Below, piece after piece: positions 48,297-57,297 of a DNA stretch of 64,000 nucleotides. The stretch lies in the NCBI GenBank assembly GCA_037439785.1, contig JBBIVJ010000015.1, positions 19,573 through 83,572 on the forward strand. Direction: 5' to 3'. The position numbers and the translations under genes are program-made. Positions within the stretch are counted from its first letter, which is position 1. Each line of letters opens with the position of its first letter. This DNA comes from Verrucomicrobiales bacterium (GTDB lineage: Bacteria; Verrucomicrobiota; Verrucomicrobiia; Limisphaerales; J093). The notes beneath the pieces were generated by a model that saw nothing but the letters and a program-made list of their open reading frames with translations, did no database searches and had not been told where the DNA came from.

Positions 48297-49676
48297 ATGA
48301 CCCAGTCTGTTACGTTGACCCTGACGGCACTGGCCGTCGCCCTGTTCCTGCCTGTCGCCGGCCGGGCGCACAACCCGGCCGCCCTGCGCCACTGGCCCCA
48401 GTGGCGTGGCCCCCTCGCCAACGGCGTTGCCCCCGAGGCCACCCCGCCGGTGAGCTGGAGCGAGACCAACCACGTGAAGTGGAAGTTCGCCGTGCCCGGC
48501 TTCGGCACTTCCACCCCCATCATCTGGGAGGATCGGGTCTTCCTCCTCACGGCTGTTCCCGTCGAGACCAACGCCCCCGCGGCCACCCCCGCCGCGGAGC
48601 CTGCGACGCCGGAAGACCCCCGCCCGCGTCGCGGGGGTGGCGGGATGCGGCCGGAGCAGCCCACGCAAACCTACGCGTTCACGGTCATTGCCGTGGACCG
48701 TCAGACGGGGCGTCCCCGTTGGGAACGCGTCGTCCGCCGCGCGGTGCCGCACGAGGGGCACCATCGTGATCACGGCTACGCCTCGTTCTCGCCGGTCACC
48801 GATGGCGAAGGGCTGTATGTCTCGTTCGGCTCCCACGGCCTGTACGCGCTGGACCTGGCGGGGAACCTGAAATGGGAAACCGACCTGGGCTACCAGCGCA
48901 CGCGCAACAGCTTCGGCGAGGGCAGTTCGCCCGCCCTCCACGGCGAGTACCTGGTCGTGCAGTGGGACCATGAGGGGGAGGACTTCATCGTGGCGCTGGA
49001 CAAGCGAACCGGCCGCGAGCGCTGGCGTCGCCAGCGTGACGAGCCCACCACGTGGAGCACGCCGCTGATCGTGGTCCACGGCGGGCGCACCCAGGTGGTG
49101 GCCAACGCCACCCAGCGCATCCGCAGCTACGACCTCCACACCGGTGACCTGCTCTGGGAATGCGGCGGCATGACTCAAAACGTGATCCCCAGCCCGGTGA
49201 CCGACGGCGAGCGGCTCTACGCGCTGAGCGGTTTCCGCGGCGCCGCCCTCCTGGCCATCCGCCTCGGCCACACCGGCGACCTGACCACCGCCGCCGAAGC
49301 CATCGCCTGGCGGCACGGCCGCAACACGCCCTACGTCCCCTCCCCGCTGCTGTACGAGGACCGCCTTTACTTCCACTCCGGCAACAACGCCATGCTCTCC
49401 TGTTTCGAGGCCTCGACCGGCCGGCCGCTGATCGAGGCCGAACGGCTCCCGGCCCTGAGCGGCATCTACGCCTCCCCCCTCGGCGCGGCCGGCCGGGTTT
49501 ATGTGGTGGGGCGTGACGGCCAGACGGCGGTGCTGCGGGCCGGGGCCCCCTTGGAAGTCCTGGCCGTCAACCGGTTGGAGGACCGTTTCGATGCCTCGGC
49601 CGCCGCGGTGGGACGTGAACTGTTCCTGCGCGGCCACCGGCATCTCTACTGCCTGGCCGAGCCCGAAGGTGGCTGA
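48297..49676 (+). CDS. PQQ-like beta-propeller repeat protein (secreted)
   Basis: Signal peptide then HWPQWRGPLANG. Repeated blade motifs (DRQTGRPRWE, DKRTGRERWR, DLHTGDLLWE, EASTGRPL). ATG 48297 verified. Confidence 0.75.
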   Translation: MTQSVTLTLTALAVALFLPVAGRAHNPAALRHWPQWRGPLANGVAPEATPPVSWSETNHVKWKFAVPGFGTSTPIIWEDRVFLLTAVPVETNAPAATPAAEPATPEDPRPRRGGGGMRPEQPTQTYAFTVIAVDRQTGRPRWERVVRRAVPHEGHHRDHGYASFSPVTDGEGLYVSFGSHGLYALDLAGNLKWETDLGYQRTRNSFGEGSSPALHGEYLVVQWDHEGEDFIVALDKRTGRERWRRQRDEPTTWSTPLIVVHGGRTQVVANATQRIRSYDLHTGDLLWECGGMTQNVIPSPVTDGERLYALSGFRGAALLAIRLGHTGDLTTAAEAIAWRHGRNTPYVPSPLLYEDRLYFHSGNNAMLSCFEASTGRPLIEAERLPALSGIYASPLGAAGRVYVVGRDGQTAVLRAGAPLEVLAVNRLEDRFDASAAAVGRELFLRGHRHLYCLAEPEGG

Positions 49677-49748
49677 GCGGCCATGCCGCCGCTTTACCGG
49701 CCTCACCCGGGGGGAACGGCGTCACGGCGACATCGTGGCGGAAAACGC

Positions 49749-49799
49749 ACCGCGCGGGCGGGGCTTCTCGAGCTGCCGGCCGCGCGGTTTTTTTAAAAA
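49749..49799. terminator. Bidirectional terminator between convergent genes
   Basis: 9-bp stem ACCGCGCGG ... CCGCGCGGT followed by TTTTTTAAAAA. Lies between the 49676 stop (+) and the 49823 stop (-). Confidence 0.6.
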
Positions 49800-49822
49800 G
49801 TGGGAAACGACGTTTGCGGGGG

Positions 49823-50872
<1,050 letters not shown>

Positions 50873-51116
50873 GATGGTGTCGTCTCGGACGTGCCCGCCG
50901 GCCGGCCCCACAAGGGGAGGGGGCCGCGGCCGGGCGCCGCTCTAGTGGATTCGCGCGACAGGCTACCAAGGCCGCCGGCTGCCGCAACCGCAAAGTCGCC
51001 CCCCGCCCCATTCCCGGCCGGACCGCGCCGGGGCCGCGGCGCACCGGAGAGACTGGACGGTGTCGCGGCCACTTTGCACTTGGCGCGTCCGCGGCCCTGC
51101 TCGTTAATTCGCCGCC

Positions 51117-52355
51117 ATGAAAATCGTGCTCGCCTACTCGGGCGGTTTGGACACCTCGGTATTGCTGGCCTGGCTCAAGGAAACCTACCAGGCCGAACTG
51201 ATCGCTTTCTGCGCCAACATTGGCCAGGCGGAGGAACTCAAGGGCCTCGAGCAGAAGGCCCGCCGCACCGGCGCCAGCCAGGTGTACATTGACGATCTCC
51301 AGGAGGAGTTCGCCCGCGACTTCATCTTCCCCATGATCCGGGCCGGGGCCATCTACGAGGGCCAGTACTACCTCGGTACCAGCATCGCCCGGCCGCTCAT
51401 CGCCAGGCGCATGATCGAAATCGCCCGGGCGGAAAAGGCCGACGCCATCGCCCACGGCGCCACCGGCAAGGGTAACGACCAGGTGCGCTTCGAGCTGACC
51501 GCCGCCGCGCTGGCGCCCGAGCTGGAGGTCATCGCCCCCTGGCGCGACGAACGCTTCCGTGCCCAGTTCCCCGGTCGGGCCGAGATGATCGCCTACTGCG
51601 AGGCCAAGGGCATCCCGGTCCAGGCCAGCGCGAAAAAGCCGTTTTCGATGGACCGCAACCTCCTGCACATCTCCTACGAGGCGGGCATCCTCGAAGACCC
51701 GTGGTTCGACGCTCACGCCCCGAAAAACCGCGAGTACTTCACCACCCTCTCGGTCTTCCCCGAGGACGCGCCGGACCGGCCGGAGTTTGTGACCCTCGAC
51801 TTCGAGCGGGGCGACTGCGTGGCCGTCAACGGCAAGCGCCTGACCCCGCTCCAGGTCATGAAGACCCTCAACAAACTGGGCGGCAAACACGGCGTGGGCC
51901 GCGTGGACATGGTCGAAAACCGCTACGTGGGCATGAAAAGCCGCGGCGTGTACGAAACCCCCGGCGGCGCCATCCTCCATTTCACTCACCGGCAGATGGA
52001 AAGCCTGACCATGGACCGGGAGGTCATGCACCTGCGCGACGCCCTCATCCCCCGCTACGCCGAGCTGGTGTACTACGGCTACTGGTTCAGTCCGGAGCGG
52101 CTGGCCCTGCAGGCCTTCGTCGAGGAAAGCCAGAAAAACGTCTCCGGCACCGTGCGGGTCAAGCTCTACAAGGGCAACCTCATGGTGGCCGGCCGCAAGA
52201 GCCCGGTCAGCCTCTACAACCCCCACCTGGCCACCATGGAGGCCGACCCCACCCGGGCCTACAACCAGAGCGACGCCTCCGGCTTCATCCGTCTCAACGC
52301 CCTCCGCCTCAAAGTGGCGGCCCAAGTGCAACACCGCGACCGCCCGCCGGCCTAA
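51117..52355 (+). CDS. argG: Argininosuccinate synthase
   Basis: [16 protein letters not shown]-loop, [44 protein letters not shown]. Confidence 0.95.
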   Translation: MKIVLAYSGGLDTSVLLAWLKETYQAELIAFCANIGQAEELKGLEQKARRTGASQVYIDDLQEEFARDFIFPMIRAGAIYEGQYYLGTSIARPLIARRMIEIARAEKADAIAHGATGKGNDQVRFELTAAALAPELEVIAPWRDERFRAQFPGRAEMIAYCEAKGIPVQASAKKPFSMDRNLLHISYEAGILEDPWFDAHAPKNREYFTTLSVFPEDAPDRPEFVTLDFERGDCVAVNGKRLTPLQVMKTLNKLGGKHGVGRVDMVENRYVGMKSRGVYETPGGAILHFTHRQMESLTMDREVMHLRDALIPRYAELVYYGYWFSPERLALQAFVEESQKNVSGTVRVKLYKGNLMVAGRKSPVSLYNPHLATMEADPTRAYNQSDASGFIRLNALRLKVAAQVQHRDRPPA

Positions 52356-52457
52356 CCGTCGCCGCCTCGCTCTCATCGGAACACCAGCGCGGCAGACCGG
52401 GAATTCACCGCGCCAATGTTTTGACTTCCGCAAAAAAACCTGAACTATTCGACCCAT

Positions 52458-53732
52458 ATGGACCCATTTTACCGTACCACCTCCCTGATCCTCCTGACTG
52501 CCGGATGTGTCGGGGACTTTGCCTCCGCCCTCGGTGCCGACTGGCCCCAGTGGCGCGGCCCACGGCGCAACGGCGCTACCGCCGAGACCGGCCTCCTCCA
52601 GCAATGGCCCGCGGACGGCCCGCCCCTGCGCTGGCAACGCACCGACCTCGGCTCCGGCTACGGCTCCCCCGCCGTGGTCGGCTCGCACCTCTACCTGCTC
52701 GACAATCAGGGCCTTGAAGACGAGGGCGTCGTCGCCCTGCACGCCGCCGACGGCCGCACCCTCTGGCGCACCCGCCTCGGCCCGGTGGGCAACCCCAAAC
52801 AAAACCCCAACTACCCCGCCGCCCGCTCGACCCCCACCGTGGACGGCGCGGTGCTCTACGCCCTGGGCTCCGACGGCGACCTCGCCTGCCTCGAAACCGC
52901 CACCGGCCAGGTGCGCTGGCGCAAAAACCTGCGCACCGACTTCGCCGGCAAGCATGGCGAGTGGGCCTACGCCGAGTCCCCGCTGGTGGACGGCGAGGCG
53001 CTGATCTGCACCCCCGGCGGCACGGAGGCCACGGTCCTGGCCCTGAACAAAACCACCGGCGCCGTGCTCTGGAAAGCCGCCCTGCCCGAGGCCGACGAAG
53101 CCGCCTACGCCTCCCCCATTGCCGTGGAGCTGGGCGGCGTGCGCCAGTACGTGCAACTGCTGCAAAAAGGCCTGGTGGGACTCGAGGCCCAAACCGGCCG
53201 GCTGCTCTGGCGCTTCACCAAGCCGGTCAGCCGCTTCAACGCCAACATCCCCACCCCCGTGGCCGGGGCCGACCTGATCTATGCCGCCTCCGCCGGCACC
53301 GGCGGCGGCACCGTGCGCCTCAGGCCTGCCGCCACCGGCGTCACCTTCGAGGAACTGTACTTCGAGTCCAAGCTCCCCACCGCCATCGGCGGCTGCGTGC
53401 TGGTGGGTCCCCACCTTTACGGCACCACCGCCCAGGCGCTGCTGTGCATCGAGTTCGCCACCGGCCGGGTGGTGTGGGAAGAACGCGCCATCGGTGCCGC
53501 CGCTCTCTGTCTGGCTGACAACCGCCTCTACCTCCACGGGGAAAACGGCCAGGTCGCGCTGGTCGAACCCTCGCCCGAAGGCTACCGGGAACGCGGCCGC
53601 TTCAGCCCACCCGGCCGCCCCGCGCGCCGCAACCCGATGGAAAAATCCTGGGCCCACCCCGTCGTGGCCGGCGGTCACCTCTACCTGCGCGACCACGGCA
53701 GCTTGTGGTGCTACGACGTCCGGGCACGCTGA
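52458..53732 (+). CDS. PQQ-like beta-propeller repeat protein (secreted)
   Basis: Signal peptide then DWPQWRGPRRNG. Blade motifs (AADGRTLWR, TATGQVRWR, KTTGAVLWK, AQTGRLLWR, FATGRVVWE). Confidence 0.75.
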   Translation: MDPFYRTTSLILLTAGCVGDFASALGADWPQWRGPRRNGATAETGLLQQWPADGPPLRWQRTDLGSGYGSPAVVGSHLYLLDNQGLEDEGVVALHAADGRTLWRTRLGPVGNPKQNPNYPAARSTPTVDGAVLYALGSDGDLACLETATGQVRWRKNLRTDFAGKHGEWAYAESPLVDGEALICTPGGTEATVLALNKTTGAVLWKAALPEADEAAYASPIAVELGGVRQYVQLLQKGLVGLEAQTGRLLWRFTKPVSRFNANIPTPVAGADLIYAASAGTGGGTVRLRPAATGVTFEELYFESKLPTAIGGCVLVGPHLYGTTAQALLCIEFATGRVVWEERAIGAAALCLADNRLYLHGENGQVALVEPSPEGYRERGRFSPPGRPARRNPMEKSWAHPVVAGGHLYLRDHGSLWCYDVRAR

Positions 53733-53745
53733 TGGCCCCCCCTTT

Positions 53746-53782
53746 GCGCCCCGCCGCGGTGCCGCGCCGGGGCGCCTTTTCC
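53746..53782 (+). terminator. GC-rich hairpin after the PQQ-like gene
   Basis: 14-bp stem with one mismatch (GCGCCCCGCCGCGG / TG / CCGCGCCGGGGCGC) followed by CTTTTCC. The U-run is short. Confidence 0.4.
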
Positions 53783-53847
53783 TCGCCGGCTGACGCCGGC
53801 GGCTACCAACGCCGGCGGCTACCCCTCCACGCATCGGAAGAGTCTGC

Positions 53848-56514
53848 CTAGGGCACCGAGCGGGCGCGGTAGAATCGCCGCGCCGCCCCGCCCGCCGTCG
53901 GGTCGGTGAAGTCAACCACCCCGTCGGGATTGTCCACGGTCCCCAGCACTTCCCAGCTCGAGAGGTCCGCGCTGGATTCCAGTCGCACCCGTCCGCCGGG
54001 GCTGGCTGCCACGCGTAGTCGGAAGCCGGTGGTTGCCGCCCAGCCGAGCGCCTGGAGCGTGACCTGGTCATCGTCCACCACGGTCACGGTGGCGCGCAGG
54101 CGCTCGCCGGGCAGGCCGTTGACCAGGCCGCTCAGTTGCACCTCGATCGTCTCGGGCGGCTCGGCCAGTGCGTCGTTCAAGAGCGTGAGGACCACCGGAC
54201 GGCTGGTCTGGCCGGGGGCAAACACCAGCGTGCCCGCCGCGGCCACGTAATCCTTTCCCGGCGTGGCCGAGCCCCCCGCGGTGGCGTAATCCACGTAGAG
54301 GGTCTGGGCCGCGGGCTTGCTGAGGGTAACCGTGAGGGTGAGGCTGCCGGTGCCCTCGGAGACGGTGTGGGCCGCGGTGCCGAAGTTCACCGTGGGCGGG
54401 TCGTTGTCCAGAATCTCGAACACCGCCCCGGCCGGCGCCACCAGCACGGCGTTGGTGGGGTTGAAGAGCCGGACCTCGACGGTCTCGGTCCCTTCGTCCA
54501 GCCCGTCCTCCAGCACGGGGATGAGCAGGTCCTTCCGGGTCTGACCCGGGGCAAACTCGAGCTGGCCGGTCAGGGCCACGTAATCCAGCCCCGCGGTGGC
54601 CGTGCCGTTGGTGGCGGCCCAGGCCACGGTCACCGCCCGGCCGGTGGCGGCGCTGAGCAGCACGCCCAACCGCGCCTGGCCGGCACCTTCGTCCACTGCG
54701 GACCGCTCGGTTGCGAAGCGCACAGTGGGCAGGTCGTTGTCCAGGAGGGTCACGGTCAGCGGCGGGCCGGGCACGGTGTCCACCCCGTTGGTGAGCACCA
54801 CCTGGAACTGCTCGTCCAGCTCGACCTGCGTGTCGTCCAGCACGCGGAGGGTCACGGCGTGATTGGTGGAGCCGGGGGGGAAGATCAGCGTGCCCGCGGC
54901 CGGCTCGAAATCCGGGCCCGCGCCCGCGGTGAGGGCATGGGTGAAAAAGTCCACCCGCACCTCGCGGAGCATGGGGTAGGCGAGGTGGACCGGCACGGTC
55001 AGATTCGCGGTGCGTTCGGTCAGGTTGGTCTCGGTCACCGCCAACCGCACCGGCGGCGGCGGGGTGGTGTCCACAAAGATCGAGTCGCTGACGGCGGGGG
55101 AGACGTTGCCAAAGGGGTCTTCGAACTGCACGCGCACCGTCCGCGTGGTCACGCCCGCCGGCAGTTCCCAGACCTTGACCGGCGCAAACGCTTCCCACGC
55201 CGACCAGGTGGTGCCGTCATGGCTGAAGCGCATCCGCGCCACCGTGCCGCTGTTGTCGGCCGCGGCCAGCGAGAGCGTGACCAGGCGGTTGGTGGTAATG
55301 GCCGCGCCGTCGTTGATCGCCACGCTGCCCGCCGGCGGGTCCAGGTCGGTGAGGATGTTGGTCGTGGTGCTGACCACCGTGCCGTCCGGCCCGGTGACCG
55401 TCTGCGTGACGGTGAACCGGCCCACCGCGCGGAAGACATGCACCGGGCTGCGCGCGGCGCTGCCCGCGCCGTCGCCGAAAGTCCAGCTCCAGGCCGTCCC
55501 GGCCACGGACAGGTCGGTGAAATACACGGTGAGCGGGGCGCGCCCGGCGGCGGTGGACACGGCCAGGCCGGCCAGCGGCCGCGTGGGCAGGGCGTGCCAG
55601 GACGCGACGGCAAAGTTGTAGCCGAGCCGGCTGACGTTGAAACCGTCCGACCACGTGACGGTAGCATTGGTCAGTCCCATCAACAGGGCCGTGCCGGAGG
55701 CCGGCGCCACGGCGGTGCCCACCCATTGCCCGGTGAGGGGGTGGAACAGCCGGGCGCGCAGTTGGGGGCCGTTGCTCCAGGCCACCAGGCCGGCATCGGT
55801 GAGCAGGCTCAGGGCGCCGGCCGTGGGGGTGTCCTCGCGGGCCCAGCGCTGCCGCAGGGGGTCATAGACGCGCAGGTGCACCGCGCCGCCGGCGCTCCAG
55901 GCCACCACGCCGTTGGTGCTGCCCAGGTCAAAGGTGGGGCCGAAGGCGTTGTCATCAGCCTGCCAGCGGCCGGCTGCGGGGTCGTAGGTGCGCAGAAACA
56001 CCGCATTGCCGCTGGACCAGCTCACCACCCCGTCCACACAGCGCAGATCGAAGGTCGAGCCGTTGACCTTGTCCAACACCCATGTCCCGCGGGCGTGATC
56101 GTACCCCACCCAGCCGACCTGGGCCACCGCGCTCCAGGCCACCACGCCGCGGTGCTGGCGCACCTCCTGGACCTGGGGGACGGCCCAGTTGAACTCGACC
56201 CAGTTGGTCCGGGCGGGATCGTACGTGCGCACGTGCACGGCGTCGCCGCTGGACCAGCTCACCACGCCGCCCTGGTTGTGGAAGGCAAAAAGCACCGGCG
56301 CCGCCGCGACGTGGGTGTACTCACGACCCTGGGCCGGGTCCCACACCCGACAGGTCACGCGCGCCCCATCATACGTGGCCGACACCTCGCCCAGCGGGGC
56401 GGACAGGTCGAACAGCGCGGCCCGGCTCGCGGGCGCAACGACCAGAGCGGCCCCCAGCCCCAACATTAGACCGGGCGCTGCGGCGCGCCCGGGGCCGATG
56501 CGCCGTCGGGCCAT
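53848..56514 (-). CDS. Large secreted protein: 40-aa repeat propeller-like region + PKD domain + several Calx-beta domains
   Basis: Signal peptide, then six to seven repeats of GVV(A/S)WS.G..V.(L/V)R.YDP....W. PKD-like WSWTFGDGAGSAARSPVHVFRAVGRFTVTQTV. Calx-beta signatures (TATAGLDYVALTGQLEFAPGQT...DEGTETVEV, and GSATPGKDYVAAAGTLVFAPGQT). ATG 56514 chosen. Confidence 0.8.
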   Translation of the reverse strand: MARRRIGPGRAAAPGLMLGLGAALVVAPASRAALFDLSAPLGEVSATYDGARVTCRVWDPAQGREYTHVAAAPVLFAFHNQGGVVSWSSGDAVHVRTYDPARTNWVEFNWAVPQVQEVRQHRGVVAWSAVAQVGWVGYDHARGTWVLDKVNGSTFDLRCVDGVVSWSSGNAVFLRTYDPAAGRWQADDNAFGPTFDLGSTNGVVAWSAGGAVHLRVYDPLRQRWAREDTPTAGALSLLTDAGLVAWSNGPQLRARLFHPLTGQWVGTAVAPASGTALLMGLTNATVTWSDGFNVSRLGYNFAVASWHALPTRPLAGLAVSTAAGRAPLTVYFTDLSVAGTAWSWTFGDGAGSAARSPVHVFRAVGRFTVTQTVTGPDGTVVSTTTNILTDLDPPAGSVAINDGAAITTNRLVTLSLAAADNSGTVARMRFSHDGTTWSAWEAFAPVKVWELPAGVTTRTVRVQFEDPFGNVSPAVSDSIFVDTTPPPPVRLAVTETNLTERTANLTVPVHLAYPMLREVRVDFFTHALTAGAGPDFEPAAGTLIFPPGSTNHAVTLRVLDDTQVELDEQFQVVLTNGVDTVPGPPLTVTLLDNDLPTVRFATERSAVDEGAGQARLGVLLSAATGRAVTVAWAATNGTATAGLDYVALTGQLEFAPGQTRKDLLIPVLEDGLDEGTETVEVRLFNPTNAVLVAPAGAVFEILDNDPPTVNFGTAAHTVSEGTGSLTLTVTLSKPAAQTLYVDYATAGGSATPGKDYVAAAGTLVFAPGQTSRPVVLTLLNDALAEPPETIEVQLSGLVNGLPGERLRATVTVVDDDQVTLQALGWAATTGFRLRVAASPGGRVRLESSADLSSWEVLGTVDNPDGVVDFTDPTAGGAARRFYRARSVP

Positions 56515-56753
56515 GCTGAATCGTCCACCGCGGATAGTAGAAACCCTGGCCAACATGGCCGGACAGCCTAGCAAGTCACTTGCCAGAGGCAACGCGGCTG
56601 CCACCCCCGCCCAGGACAGGCAGCGTGCGCTTTACCATCCCCGAGGGTCCGGACAGTCCCCGTCCGCCGCGGAGCTGGACCGGTGAGCCGGCTTCCCCGG
56701 AAGCGGCTGCTTGTCGGCACCGGGGCTCCTTGGCAACCTCCGGCCGCACCACC

Positions 56754-56975
56754 ATGCCCGGACACCGCCCCAGCCCACTGGAGGACATCATCCGCATCCG
56801 CCAGGACCTGCGCGACCGCTACCAGGACGGCTTCCCCATTCTGAAGGAACTGCTCCAAAACACCGACGACGCGGGGGCGGCCAGCGGGAGAACCTGCCGG
56901 CTCCAGCCTGCTCCGTCTCAACAACCTGCTCCGCCCAAACGCACCTCCGCTCCATCCTGCCTCCCCCGCCGTTGA
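56754..56975 (+). pseudogene. N-terminal fragment (~42 aa) of a sacsin-like / GHKL HATPase defence-type protein
   Basis: MPGHRPSPLEDIIRIRQDLRDRYQDGFPILKELLQNTDDAGA matches the N-terminus and the (E)L(L/I)QNADDA motif of bacterial sacsin-like HATPase proteins, which are normally over 1000 aa. After nt ~56879 the frame turns into Pro/Ser/Ala-rich sequence and stops at 56975. Confidence 0.5.
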
Positions 56976-57042
56976 GGACCAGCCAAACCGGCGCGGCTTT
57001 TTCTCCAAGCGCTTCTCCTCAAAGCACCCTTGAGCTGCTAGG

Positions 57043-57297
57043 GTGCGTCCGATGCAACCGCTCGAACGCTTCCAAGGCCTGCTGCGCGAACTGTTCCAGT
57101 TCGACTGCCAGGACCTCGATTTCGGCATCTACCGGGTGCTCAACTACAAGCGAAAGCAGATCGAGGAGTTCATCACCACCCGCCTGCCGCAGCACGTGGA
57201 TGAGGCTTTCATTCTGTGCAGCTTCTCGACCAGCCAGACCCCTTTTCCCAGCGAACTTTGCGATTACGGTCCGCAGCTGATCAATTTGAAACCATGA
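57043..57297 (+). pseudogene. N-terminal fragment (~55 aa) of a large RM-type enzyme (methyltransferase/helicase class)
   Basis: MQPLERFQGLLRELFQFDCQDLDFGIYRVLNYKRKQIEEFITTRLPQHVDEAF (ATG 57052). I recall the LFQFD..DLDFGIYR(I/V)(M/L)N motif from the N-termini of large RM-associated enzymes. The protein-like sequence and high GC end near 57210. Confidence 0.45.
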
